From the IMG/VR virus record IMGVR_UViG_3300017766_003232, positions 1 to 64,000 of that record: a stretch of DNA of 64,000 bases; one strand, given 5' to 3'. The position numbers and the translations under genes are program-made. Under the pieces are notes generated by a model. It saw only the letters and a list, made by a program, of their open reading frames with translations, was not told the origin of the DNA and made no database searches. Numbering within the stretch: the stretch's first letter is position 1; each line of letters opens with the position of its first letter. Below are positions 8,901 through 18,257 of this stretch, piece after piece. Source of the DNA: a virus (lineage: Duplodnaviria > Caudoviricetes).

Positions 8901-11541
8901 AATACCTACTATTAAAAATGATTATGGATTTAAACAATATGATGTACATAATGACATTAATGTTCCTTCTCAAAAAATAGGATATGCAGTTGCTCCTGGA
9001 TTTCAAAAAAGTCAAAGTGTTCCAACAAAAGTTGAAACAAATGCTAAACAGGTTCAAAATACAAATCCAATTATTAAATTATCTGGATTAAAATTAAATA
9101 ATTCTTTAAAAAATAAAGAAGCAATTGTTGATTTATTAAATAAAATAAGTGAATCATCAACAAATTCATATTACAAAAAATTAGCAGAGTTATATGCTGA
9201 TTTAAATTATCCAGAAAACTTTAAATTTAATTTAGATAGTTCAGAAAATCCAAGAGTAAAAGCAAGTTTTAATAGTGGTTCAAACACATTGACTCTTTAT
9301 AAAAATTTATATAAAGAAGATGAATCTATTAATGATTTAGCAGAAGCAGTTTTACATGAATTAACTCATTTATTTACAAGTTCAGTTGTTAAAGATTTTA
9401 ATGTTAATCCAAATAGTGTTACAACAAAACAAAAAACAATTTTAAATAAAATAAAAGGTTTACAAGCAAAATATACAAAGTCATTATCTAAAGCTGAATT
9501 ATCTGAATTATATACATTCAGAAAAAGCTATTGGGATATGAAATTGAAAAACAATCAAGTATCTAAAGAAGAGTATGATAATATTTTAAGTGAACCAATT
9601 AATGGAGTTGATGATCTATTTAATAATGAAGGAGAAATCAAAAAAGGATTTACAAATAAATATTATGGTTCAATTAAATTAGAGGAATTCATTACAATGG
9701 CTCTTACAAATGCTGATTTCCAAAGATATTTAAATAAAATTACAGATAGTGATTCTAAAAGTTTATTAGGTAAATTCTTATCTGAGATTGCTGAATTAAT
9801 TGGATCATTAATTGGAATTAATGTTGAAAAAGGTTCATTATTAGAATCATCATTAATTGAAATAAATAATTTAATAAAAGAAAATCAAGCACAAGAAATA
9901 GAAGATAATAGTGTTGAAAATACTAAATATCAATTATTTCCAGGTGTATATGCAAATTCTGGTCAAACAAAAGCTTTAGACAAAATGTCTGAATTTCTTA
10001 AAAATGATGATGACCAATTTTTATTAAAAGGTAGAGGTGGTACAGGTAAAACTACTATTATTAAGAAGATTATTGATAATAGTGGAATACTGCATAATAG
10101 AATTATTGGAGCTACTGTAGCAGATGAAGCTAGAGGAATTTTAGCTAGTAATTTACCTTCTACTATTACTACTAAAACTATGGTAGGATTATTAGGTTTA
10201 GTTCCTGACTATAGTAAACAAGGGGACTTATACTTTAGAGAAAGAAATACAAGAGAACAAATGGAATTTGATAGTAAAGGCAAATCAGATCCTATTGAAA
10301 ATGCTAAATTAATTATCATTGATGAAGCATCTATGGTCTCAAAAGATCTTTATGACATCTTAATGCGTAAAAAACTAAAAGATGCTAAAGTAATTTTTAT
10401 GGGGGACAATGCACAAATTCCACCTATTAATGAAGATGGTAAAAGTACAGACAGTCCAGTATTTAGTTTACTAGAAAAAGGTACTAATTTTTCAGAATTA
10501 ACTGAAAGAATGCGTCAAGGTGAGGAAAGTCCAATATTACCTGTAACAGATGTTTTTGCAGAAAACATTGAGAATATACAAAGAGGAGAAGTTGGGAAAG
10601 CTAATCCACTTAAAAATAGAACAGATGTTTTTGATACAGCTTCTAATTCAGGAGTTGAGTTTATAAGTGATAAACAAACTTTAATAGATAGTTTTATAGA
10701 AGATTTTCGTCAAAATAACGATACAAAAAATGCTATTATTATTGGAGCGAGAAATGAAATTGTAGATAATTTTTCTAAATTAATTAGACAAAAATTATTT
10801 GATGCAACAGATCCTTTTGTAGTAGGAGATGTTATTAGAGTAAATTCTCCACATATAGTAAATAACCAAGTAGAATTTGCCAATGGGTTTAAAGGTAAAG
10901 TTACACAAGTATCACCTCTAGGTGCTAATCAATTAGGAATACAATTGTATAATATTACTGTAGAATATGATAGTTTAGATTCAGCAGGAAATCCTATAAG
11001 ATCTATAGCTAATTTAACAACTGTTTCTCCTGAAAATAAATTAGATGTAAAAAAAGCTCTTAAAAATTTAGCAGCAAAAGCAAAAGCAAAATTAATTCCT
11101 TGGAAAGTTTTTTATACATTAAAAGAATCTATTGTAGATGTAGGATATAATTATGCAATTACTGCTCATAAAGTACAAGGATCTACTTACAAAAATGTAT
11201 ATGTTTTAGAAGAAGATATTATGAGTTTCCCTGGAGGAAAACTTCAGCAAAACAGAATGATGTATACAGCTGTTTCTAGACCTAGTACTAAATTGGTTAT
11301 ATTTAGTAATAAAAACAAAGTACAAGCAGAAAATGCAGAATTTAATCCTGATTATTTTTCTAATCAAACTCCTCCAATGAGAGAAGATGGAGATCCAGGT
11401 TTTGATCCTACTTTCGATCCAGAAAATTTTAGTAAATTTGGTGGAAATAATGATTTTGATAATGATAGATTTGATCCTTCAACAATGTATGATCTTCCAT
11501 CATTAGAAGAATTTGATAATTTAAAACGAATTTGTAAATAA
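5923..11541 (+). CDS. Virion RNA polymerase catalytic (beta'-like) subunit fused to a zincin metallopeptidase and an SF1B (Dda/RecD-like) helicase
   Basis: GFRIPSQ and GSDFDVDKL (DFDVD at 6721-6735). HELTH zincin motif at 9355-9369 with downstream EEF. Helicase motifs GRGGTGKT (10030-10053), DEASM, GDNAQIPP, ERMRQ, YAITAHKVQGST, YTAVSR. Confidence 0.9.
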   Translation: MSCQYWVKDKWVSEEQFKEMLQNGLLDHYIHEGKFKLEGFKLKPKRKEKVAARTTIPASKLAELLTEEVKTRQGYPENILAALELTPDGSDFKIPLWASNYADKFESLLTAIINNKIVKQKFSGHSYVLGSEEGFELKEGEEAMEELKNSKIVFSDSFNPELGLLPIRFDEKTGELLPGQIMIPFNFKNKDKKGNKLKLSDYTKMVDGRMMIDMDKIPEKMLRLFGFRIPSQAHNSMASLEIVGFLPEEMGDLMLAPKDFTVQMGSDFDVDKLYTYMYNVKLQKDGKLSTDFDSEKELIENRQNTILDIHHAVLSNSNEDMVRAILAPDSFGEFEDLAKEVYDLKVKSGQIKDTPTLLSDDYQKNKYINATAGKDGVGNFSLDSTFNSIIQGKELVYFINDDPTIPIPNNYKDRIMKNNFSVLFGDIESRGDLSNPYTLNSQKIIEKAGGIDKLSKEQKRALKFKSKVIQGLQSSAVDNEKAQILDKLNINNDTFDTIRAMSLLGFEENEIVGLITQDIIVEYVKAMKSNNSSLTSYNPNALKDFKDNFIKKYDPTGKINDIIVNKEDTIDKYKNKSTGTELINKLKDSQLVEGKEASDKVIEQYFLLEKFLQLADVGKTIKSVQSSINTESSGLPKNLIETKTKVDQINQLETSSILNAETLLGEYENGKLVLPNTINGFAAFHGAIFGYSIYEKFFPYSNNGLQTQLTDILNHIPNGSTFSLSKLTEFKMDVMDEIRSYLFSDPSIGIHSGNSFSEQVRLFIDSENNDSLATIFEKIKKKNEAWFIKNQFLNKLSTSLQTNGSASRINFEASTGENLDEKDIYLGFLNLLNTERDLGKFNGIQYSSRTFAQDLISYAYLEGGQQGAKQFLKYIPVEYLKALGFGEYLSKVDFSFTQLFKGAVNDIGEPIYDLPSRFTRQFFQNNPDKVRKISTNETIVSKDEREMEIKKDSISNYLANDETLTKFLAVYDAKAPGKHRLYEYDSYSRKYLRIPTIKNDYGFKQYDVHNDINVPSQKIGYAVAPGFQKSQSVPTKVETNAKQVQNTNPIIKLSGLKLNNSLKNKEAIVDLLNKISESSTNSYYKKLAELYADLNYPENFKFNLDSSENPRVKASFNSGSNTLTLYKNLYKEDESINDLAEAVLHELTHLFTSSVVKDFNVNPNSVTTKQKTILNKIKGLQAKYTKSLSKAELSELYTFRKSYWDMKLKNNQVSKEEYDNILSEPINGVDDLFNNEGEIKKGFTNKYYGSIKLEEFITMALTNADFQRYLNKITDSDSKSLLGKFLSEIAELIGSLIGINVEKGSLLESSLIEINNLIKENQAQEIEDNSVENTKYQLFPGVYANSGQTKALDKMSEFLKNDDDQFLLKGRGGTGKTTIIKKIIDNSGILHNRIIGATVADEARGILASNLPSTITTKTMVGLLGLVPDYSKQGDLYFRERNTREQMEFDSKGKSDPIENAKLIIIDEASMVSKDLYDILMRKKLKDAKVIFMGDNAQIPPINEDGKSTDSPVFSLLEKGTNFSELTERMRQGEESPILPVTDVFAENIENIQRGEVGKANPLKNRTDVFDTASNSGVEFISDKQTLIDSFIEDFRQNNDTKNAIIIGARNEIVDNFSKLIRQKLFDATDPFVVGDVIRVNSPHIVNNQVEFANGFKGKVTQVSPLGANQLGIQLYNITVEYDSLDSAGNPIRSIANLTTVSPENKLDVKKALKNLAAKAKAKLIPWKVFYTLKESIVDVGYNYAITAHKVQGSTYKNVYVLEEDIMSFPGGKLQQNRMMYTAVSRPSTKLVIFSNKNKVQAENAEFNPDYFSNQTPPMREDGDPGFDPTFDPENFSKFGGNNDFDNDRFDPSTMYDLPSLEEFDNLKRICK

Positions 11542-11542
11542 A

Positions 11543-14500
11543 ATGGGAGATTTTTGTCCAAATAAATCAACTCCAGAATGGAAAATTCTGGAAGAACAAG
11601 TAGGTTCGGATTTAGCAATGTATACTTGGTTGTATTATGGTAATAACATACCAAATGTTCAATCATCTAGTAAAATTAAACGTGATTTAAGATTCAGACC
11701 AAACGAAGAACGAATGGAAAGAATTTATCATAATATTAATGTTTACAATCGTAAAAATTCAACATCTCATTATGTAAGTAAAGTAAAATCATATGGTAAT
11801 ACATTTGATGTTACTTTACATTATAATTATTTACCAGTAAATATTGAAAAGAAAAGACAGCAACAAATGCGTAGAAAAGATACGTTTGTTGTTGAAAATT
11901 TTAATTCTACAGGGTTTAATGAAACATTTAGACCAAAACCAAATGACAGACTTACAAGTCCTGCAATGGATGAAAATATTCAATCTATAAATGAAGATGG
12001 AGATGTTGTACATCCAGATAATATACCTATGGACATGGATTATTTGGTTGATGATGCATCTTTACAAATTTCTAAAACAGAACAAAAAAGAAAGAAAAGT
12101 ATTGATGCTGAAATAATAAAATTAAAAGCACAATTAAATTCTACAACTGATCCATTATTAACAAAAGGATATTTAGCAAAGATTCAAAAATTAAAAAATG
12201 ATTCTGAAGATGCAGATAAAAGAATTGCAGTTGCTAAAAAAATAAACGAAGAAGGTGATTTTACAAATGTATTAATGTATGCAGAAAGCCAATTAAAATT
12301 GGTTGAAGAAATTTTATCTGAAGATGTAGTATCAGCTGACAATATTCTATTAGCACAAAGAATAATCAATCTTTGGAAAAAAGCTGGAGACTTTTCAGAA
12401 GATCCTACAAAACATATTATTTTAGATGAAGATGAGGTAAATACATCTGATATACGTAATTCATTTAGACTTAAAGCAGGTCAAGCAGAAGATTTAGAAA
12501 GACTATTAAATCCTTTAAAAGAAAGGTATATTGTAAATTTTGTAAATGAAAATATTGATACTACATTAAGTAAAGAAGAAATATTTAAAAATTTAAAAGA
12601 TGCAGGAATGCTAACATCTAATTTTTTACATCTTGGTAGAAATGAAGATGCAATGGTTCAAGCATTGTTTGCAGCAGTTGAATCTGCTAATATATTAGCT
12701 CAAAATGAAGCAACTGCTTTATGGAAAGAGTTAGATAGTCTTACTGAAAAAGCAATCTCTAAAGCAAAAGGAATAAGTCCTGATAAAAATCCATTTAGAA
12801 TTTATTCTCAAAAAACTAAATCTGGTTTAGATACTGGAAAGATGGTACATAGATTTTCTGCTGAATTTTTTACAAAAGCACAAGAATTAAAATATCAAGC
12901 TTTTCAAAAAATTGATCCAAAAACAGGTAAAAAATCAGGTACAAAAAGAGAAATTGCAAATTATTATAAATGGATGAATCAAAACACAATAACGTTTGAT
13001 TATAGAAAATTATTTGTGGATACAGATGAAAATGGAATGATACCTGCTGAATTTCTATTTGCAGATAATTTTTCATCAGATGAAAAATCTAAACATATCA
13101 ATGAGCTAAAAGAAAATTTAGGAGAAAAAGGATATGAAATTTATATGAAACAACTTGAAGCAAAGTTTGAAAAATTTAAAACAATGCGTGAAGTTGAATG
13201 GGATAGAATTTCTGGACTTAGTGTAAGTGATGATGTTAAAAAAACAATATTTGAAAATTGGAATAAAGAAAATTCACCTTTTTGGTATTCTGAAATGTTA
13301 GAAAAAGAATCATTAAAAACAAAAAAAAATGGTGAATATTACAATACTTTCAATGCTCAAAAATATACACAAGAAATACCTAAAAAATTCATAGATGGAA
13401 AAAGAACAGAATGGTATGATTCAAACTTTGAGAAAATAGAAAACGATGTAGATTTGCTTAATTACTACAACCATTATATGGATTTGTTAAAGCAAATGAA
13501 ATCTGTTCTACCACAAGACAAACAAAAGTTAATGGGTATGAATGATATTCCAAAAATGAAACAATCACTAATGGATCAATATGCTGAAAAAGGTATGTTG
13601 ATGGGTGTATTACCTTTCTGGAATAAAATGCAAGAAATGATTACTACTACAGATTTAGCAACTATTGATAATTCTGATATTGATCCATTCACAGGAATTA
13701 AAGAAAAAAATATTAATATTTCATATGTTGAGGATGTTAATCAAAAAATAAATGATCTTGTAAAAATTAAAAAAATTAAATACGAACAAGAATTTGGTGC
13801 AACAAAAGGTCCAATAACAGAAACTATAATAAAGCAACTTAGAGAAGAAGCAAGACATGAAATAGCACAAGAAAATTCATTTGATTTAACTAAGATAATG
13901 AAGGCATATAGTGTTATGGCATTGGGGTATAAGCATAAATCTATTATAGAACCACAAGTTAGAATGTTAGAACAAGCTTTTAAAAATAGATCTGAGATTC
14001 AAACAAATAAAGCAGGTAAAATAAGTACTCAAAATGGTAAAGAAATTGCTCAAAAAGGATTATCAAATTTAACAAAGCAATTTGACTTTACATTGGATAC
14101 ATCTTTTTATAACTTAGGTGGTAGAAAAGTAGAAGGTGTAAGTAAAAAGAAAGCATTTACAACTCTTGAAAAAGCTAAAATTAAAGAGTTAAATGTTCTA
14201 TTAGAAAATGCTACAAGTGAAGAAGATAGAAAATTAATTCAAGAAAAAATTGATAGCATTGGAGGAAATGTTACAGGAAGTGCTATAGGTGATATGTTTT
14301 TAAAATATATGACATTTAAAGGTTTAGGATGGAACGTTGGTTCAGCATTTTCAAATATGTCATTTGGTTTTATTTCTAATCTTACAAATGCTTCTGAAAC
14401 ACCTGCTGATTTAAAAAGAATGAAACGAGCATATAAAAAAGTTGTTCATTCAATTGGTAGAAATGCAAGTTTTAATACTATTTCAACAGATGAAGCAATA

Positions 14501-15631
14501 AAGATCAGGTCATTTATGGATAAATGGGATTTAATGAAAACTTCAAACAATGAGTTATTTGAAAAAAGTGAGAAATCATCAATTAAAAAAGGTTTAGGTA
14601 GATTTGGTCCAATGACTATGCAAGAGCGTTCTGAATACTTGAATTATGCTCCAATAATGATTTCTCAAATGATGGCATTTAAAGCAAAAGATGCTGATGG
14701 AAATGAGGTTGAATTATGGGATGCATATGATAAAGATGGTCAATTAAAAGAAGGATACACAACTGATGTAAATGAGGTAAAATTGATTCGTAAAATCAAA
14801 AGAATGATTGAAATGAGTCATGGTGATTACAACAATGCATTAAAAGTAAAAGCAACAATTGGAGGTAGATTTTTAACACAATTTCGTACTTGGATGTTTG
14901 AAGGTTTTGCTACAAGATTTGAATCTGAAAAAATAGATTATGCTTTAAGCTATGGTCGTGATAGTGAATATATTAGAAAAGGTAGATATAGATCATATAC
15001 TGCTGGTCAATTAACAACAGCAGGGATAGCACTTGGTACTACTATTTTACCAGGTATAGGTACAGCAGTTGGAGCAGCATTAGGTTTTGGAATTGGTAAA
15101 ATTGCAGGTATGAAAACTGATCAGTCAGCAATTAATGACACAGTATTTACATTAAAACAATTAGTTAGAAAGTTAATGTTTAAATCTACAAAATTTGAAG
15201 ATAGATTTACTGAAACAGATGCTGCTAATATGCGTAAGAATATGACAGAATTATATTTTCTAATGGGTGTTGCAGGATTAACTTTGTTACTTACAGCAAT
15301 GGGAGGAGACGATGATGATGATAAACAATTTGCTGCTAATTTTCTATTAAATCAAATGACACGTATGCAAACGGATATTACGTTTTATACAAACCCAATG
15401 GAAGCAGAAAAATTAACAAAAACAGCAATTCCAGCATCTCAATTATTGGTTGATGTTGTTGATTGGTTTGGAGATGTTAAAAATTTATATAATGAAGATT
15501 TAAAAGACGATACATTTAGATCTGGTCCATTCAAAGGTTCAAGCAAAGCATTGATTCATTTTGGCGAAATGATTCCATTTGCAGCTCAAGGAATTAAACT
15601 TAAACGAACAGCAACTACATTGTTGAAATAA
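11543..15631 (+). CDS. Large virion core/ejection protein (crAss cargo-type)
   Basis: 1362 aa, largely helical and directly after vRNAP. N-terminus CPNKSTPEWKIL; C-terminal Gly-rich hydrophobic segments. Function is inferred from synteny. Confidence 0.6.
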   Translation: MGDFCPNKSTPEWKILEEQVGSDLAMYTWLYYGNNIPNVQSSSKIKRDLRFRPNEERMERIYHNINVYNRKNSTSHYVSKVKSYGNTFDVTLHYNYLPVNIEKKRQQQMRRKDTFVVENFNSTGFNETFRPKPNDRLTSPAMDENIQSINEDGDVVHPDNIPMDMDYLVDDASLQISKTEQKRKKSIDAEIIKLKAQLNSTTDPLLTKGYLAKIQKLKNDSEDADKRIAVAKKINEEGDFTNVLMYAESQLKLVEEILSEDVVSADNILLAQRIINLWKKAGDFSEDPTKHIILDEDEVNTSDIRNSFRLKAGQAEDLERLLNPLKERYIVNFVNENIDTTLSKEEIFKNLKDAGMLTSNFLHLGRNEDAMVQALFAAVESANILAQNEATALWKELDSLTEKAISKAKGISPDKNPFRIYSQKTKSGLDTGKMVHRFSAEFFTKAQELKYQAFQKIDPKTGKKSGTKREIANYYKWMNQNTITFDYRKLFVDTDENGMIPAEFLFADNFSSDEKSKHINELKENLGEKGYEIYMKQLEAKFEKFKTMREVEWDRISGLSVSDDVKKTIFENWNKENSPFWYSEMLEKESLKTKKNGEYYNTFNAQKYTQEIPKKFIDGKRTEWYDSNFEKIENDVDLLNYYNHYMDLLKQMKSVLPQDKQKLMGMNDIPKMKQSLMDQYAEKGMLMGVLPFWNKMQEMITTTDLATIDNSDIDPFTGIKEKNINISYVEDVNQKINDLVKIKKIKYEQEFGATKGPITETIIKQLREEARHEIAQENSFDLTKIMKAYSVMALGYKHKSIIEPQVRMLEQAFKNRSEIQTNKAGKISTQNGKEIAQKGLSNLTKQFDFTLDTSFYNLGGRKVEGVSKKKAFTTLEKAKIKELNVLLENATSEEDRKLIQEKIDSIGGNVTGSAIGDMFLKYMTFKGLGWNVGSAFSNMSFGFISNLTNASETPADLKRMKRAYKKVVHSIGRNASFNTISTDEAIKIRSFMDKWDLMKTSNNELFEKSEKSSIKKGLGRFGPMTMQERSEYLNYAPIMISQMMAFKAKDADGNEVELWDAYDKDGQLKEGYTTDVNEVKLIRKIKRMIEMSHGDYNNALKVKATIGGRFLTQFRTWMFEGFATRFESEKIDYALSYGRDSEYIRKGRYRSYTAGQLTTAGIALGTTILPGIGTAVGAALGFGIGKIAGMKTDQSAINDTVFTLKQLVRKLMFKSTKFEDRFTETDAANMRKNMTELYFLMGVAGLTLLLTAMGGDDDDDKQFAANFLLNQMTRMQTDITFYTNPMEAEKLTKTAIPASQLLVDVVDWFGDVKNLYNEDLKDDTFRSGPFKGSSKALIHFGEMIPFAAQGIKLKRTATTLLK

Positions 15632-15650
15632 CATTTTGGGTAAAATAAAA

Positions 15651-15680
15651 AAAACAGATGCCGTTAAAAGCATCTGTTTT
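15651..15680. terminator. Bidirectional intrinsic terminator between convergent blocks
   Basis: AAAACAGATGC-cgttaaaa-GCATCTGTTTT perfect stem flanked by A- and T-runs. Confidence 0.85.
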
Positions 15681-15683
15681 ATT

Positions 15684-15905
15684 TTATAATTCTATATATG
15701 ATACATCATCTAATATAAAGTTGTTAATTATAATAACATCATTTGTTAAATTATATTCTTCACATGTTTCTTTACATTGATCAATATGATATTGAGAAGT
15801 TGATTCATCACCTGCAACCATTGATGGAGTTACAACTGCTTTAATTAAATGTTTTGCTTTATTGCTCAATAAACTTGGTTGATATTCTATTATTATTTTT
15901 CCCAT
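15684..15905 (-). CDS. Hypothetical protein
   Basis: 73-aa ORF tightly packed in the minus-strand operon. Confidence 0.55.
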   Translation of the reverse strand: MGKIIIEYQPSLLSNKAKHLIKAVVTPSMVAGDESTSQYHIDQCKETCEEYNLTNDVIIINNFILDDVSYIEL

Positions 15906-15908
15906 GAT

Positions 15909-16160
15909 TTAATTTTTTTTATATTCAAAGTTATATAAATCTTCATTTAATTCAGGACTAAATCCAGTATATCCCTCTACAACTGATGGATATACATTTC
16001 CTCCTGATCTATTGCAAATCCCAATAGGTTTGCATGGAGATATAATAACAGTTGTTTTTGTATTAGTTATATGTACAATACCTTGATTTTGTTCTGTTGT
16101 AACTTCCATATCATCAGGGTACATTACTAACATTTTTTTTAATTGTCCTATAGTTAACAT
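15909..16160 (-). CDS. Hypothetical protein
   Basis: 83-aa ORF abutting the ligase gene. Confidence 0.6.
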   Translation of the reverse strand: MLTIGQLKKMLVMYPDDMEVTTEQNQGIVHITNTKTTVIISPCKPIGICNRSGGNVYPSVVEGYTGFSPELNEDLYNFEYKKN

Positions 16161-16163
16161 AAT

Positions 16164-17327
16164 TTAACAATCTAAATTTTCACGTAATCTCATAAATTTT
16201 GGAAATCTTAACTTTCCTCCATTTGTATAACCAAAGTATTGGAAAGTAGCTCTTTGACCATTAAATTTAGATGCAAATTCTAACATAAAACCAGCATAAG
16301 TATGATTAATACCTTTTCCTAAACCTGCTTCTTGAATTGTACCATCATCTAATTTGATAGTCATTTTACCACATATTCCAGCATTTGTTCCTTCTCCTTC
16401 AATAATTTCTACAATTGTTGCTTCTAAATCATAAATATCTTTACGTTTTAACATATTTTTAGAACGCTTATTCGGTTCGTAAATAGAATCTAGCCTAACA
16501 ATTGTTCCTTCATATCCAAGTTTTAATGCTTTTTCGTGTACCTCATCAAATTTTTCTTCTGATTCAATTAATTTAGATTCACAATATTTAATAGATGGAT
16601 TTTTAATAAATAACTCTGTACAATCAAAATCATTATCAAGAAAATTTTTTCTTTTTTCAAATGATTCATTATCTGGATTATACCAATCATAAATATGATA
16701 TTGAACTTCAGATTTAGAAAATGCAATATCTTCAAATGTTGGTTTTTCTTTCTTGATGATTGACATTAAATCTTCAAAATTATTTTTGTATTTGTGATTA
16801 TAAAATTCACCATCTAAAATAATATCTGAATGTTGATCAACATTAAAAAATTCAACTAATGCATCTGCAATATGTTGACAATTTTTCCAAATTTTTCCAG
16901 TTCTTGTTTTTAATACTACCTTACCATCTATCAACATTGCATTACAACGAGCACCATCCAACTTAGGTGAAACATATACAGGATATTCTATTTTTGCTTT
17001 GTAATCTTCCCATTTCATACCTGAAGGACATAGCATTGGACTAAATTCAATCGGTGTTGCTAATGCTTCTTCACGAGTTTTGTAATAGCCATTTCTTAAT
17101 TTTCTATCAACTTCTTGATCATACATTAAATCAGCTTGTTCGTATTCTGTAGTTTCATTAGATTTACCAATGTTTTTAGCAATTGCTTTGTTAAATACCC
17201 ATTCTTTTAATTTACCATTCTCTAATCCATCTCTACAAAATATTCCAGATAATTCATGAGATAGATATATTTTGCATTCCCAAACTCTAATTTTATTTTT
17301 AGAATCTAATTTATAAAGTGTTATCAT
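16164..17327 (-). CDS. lig: ATP-dependent DNA ligase
   Basis: SPKLDGARC (KxDG), LDGEFY, YHIYD, GYEGTIVR, RSKNMLKRK, C-terminal OB fold ending LRFPKF. Confidence 0.95.
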   Translation of the reverse strand: MITLYKLDSKNKIRVWECKIYLSHELSGIFCRDGLENGKLKEWVFNKAIAKNIGKSNETTEYEQADLMYDQEVDRKLRNGYYKTREEALATPIEFSPMLCPSGMKWEDYKAKIEYPVYVSPKLDGARCNAMLIDGKVVLKTRTGKIWKNCQHIADALVEFFNVDQHSDIILDGEFYNHKYKNNFEDLMSIIKKEKPTFEDIAFSKSEVQYHIYDWYNPDNESFEKRKNFLDNDFDCTELFIKNPSIKYCESKLIESEEKFDEVHEKALKLGYEGTIVRLDSIYEPNKRSKNMLKRKDIYDLEATIVEIIEGEGTNAGICGKMTIKLDDGTIQEAGLGKGINHTYAGFMLEFASKFNGQRATFQYFGYTNGGKLRFPKFMRLRENLDC

Positions 17328-17507
17328 ATTTTATTTTTTAATTAAACATTTTCAGGATACTCCCACTCTTCCAGGTTATATGCCTCTTGTATTAAAAACT
17401 CATCAGATAATTGTTTATCAGGATCAACATTCCTAATATCTCTGAGGTCTTTTATCATTTCTTCAAAAGATGATTTCTTTCCTAAGTAAATAATCATATT
17501 GTTATTC

Positions 17508-17717
17508 TTAAATTTCTTTTACTTCTTTTTTACCATCAAACTTGCTAATAAATCGTTGTATTTCATCCCACGAACTACAATTAAATATCGTCTCATTATT
17601 ACCTCCAAGTGTAACCAAGTGCCAATCTGAACCACCATTGCCAGTAGTATTATCAGCTATGATACACTTTTCTTCGTGATTATAATACTCTATTGTATAA
17701 ACTTCTATTGTTTTCAT
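17508..17717 (-). CDS. Hypothetical protein
   Basis: 69-aa ORF in operon. Confidence 0.55.
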   Translation of the reverse strand: MKTIEVYTIEYYNHEEKCIIADNTTGNGGSDWHLVTLGGNNETIFNCSSWDEIQRFISKFDGKKEVKEI

Positions 17718-17722
17718 AACTT

Positions 17723-17971
17723 CTATTTGTTTAAAAATGAAATAAGATTTTTATAATTTTCTTTATGAGTTAATCCATTTGAATAATTTTCATCTGTATA
17801 TGACCAGATTTGCTCATCTGTAAAGTCGTGTTTTTGGTCTTGAATGTATCCTAGGAAATCTTCTTTTATATCTTCTGTATAAATTTTTCTTGATTCAATT
17901 GCATCATTAATAAATTCGTTGTCTTTAATCGTAAATTTATTTTTTCTGTATAATTTTTCTATCGTTCTCAT
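17723..17971 (-). CDS. Hypothetical protein
   Basis: 82-aa ORF in operon. Confidence 0.55.
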   Translation of the reverse strand: MRTIEKLYRKNKFTIKDNEFINDAIESRKIYTEDIKEDFLGYIQDQKHDFTDEQIWSYTDENYSNGLTHKENYKNLISFLNK

Positions 17972-18203
17972 AATTTTTAAAACTTAATAAACTTAAAGGT
18001 ATTAAATCAAATTGTTCTTGACCTTCATAAATAAAATCATCATCATCAATGTTTAAATTTTGGTCATTTGCTCTTTTTTGATTATGAACTTCTAACCATT
18101 TAAAAAAGTCTTCAAGACTTTCAACTATTACTTCTAACCAAGTATTATTACCATTTCCATAGCAGTCGTTGTACTTTACAACGTAAATAGTTTTACTTTC
18201 CAT
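17937..18203 (-). CDS. Hypothetical protein
   Basis: 88-aa acidic ORF in operon. Confidence 0.55.
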   Translation of the reverse strand: MESKTIYVVKYNDCYGNGNNTWLEVIVESLEDFFKWLEVHNQKRANDQNLNIDDDDFIYEGQEQFDLIPLSLLSFKNYENDRKIIQKK

Positions 18204-18257
18204 AATATATTTTTAATACTGTTCAATCTTGAAATGTCAATTTTATATGTACTATTT

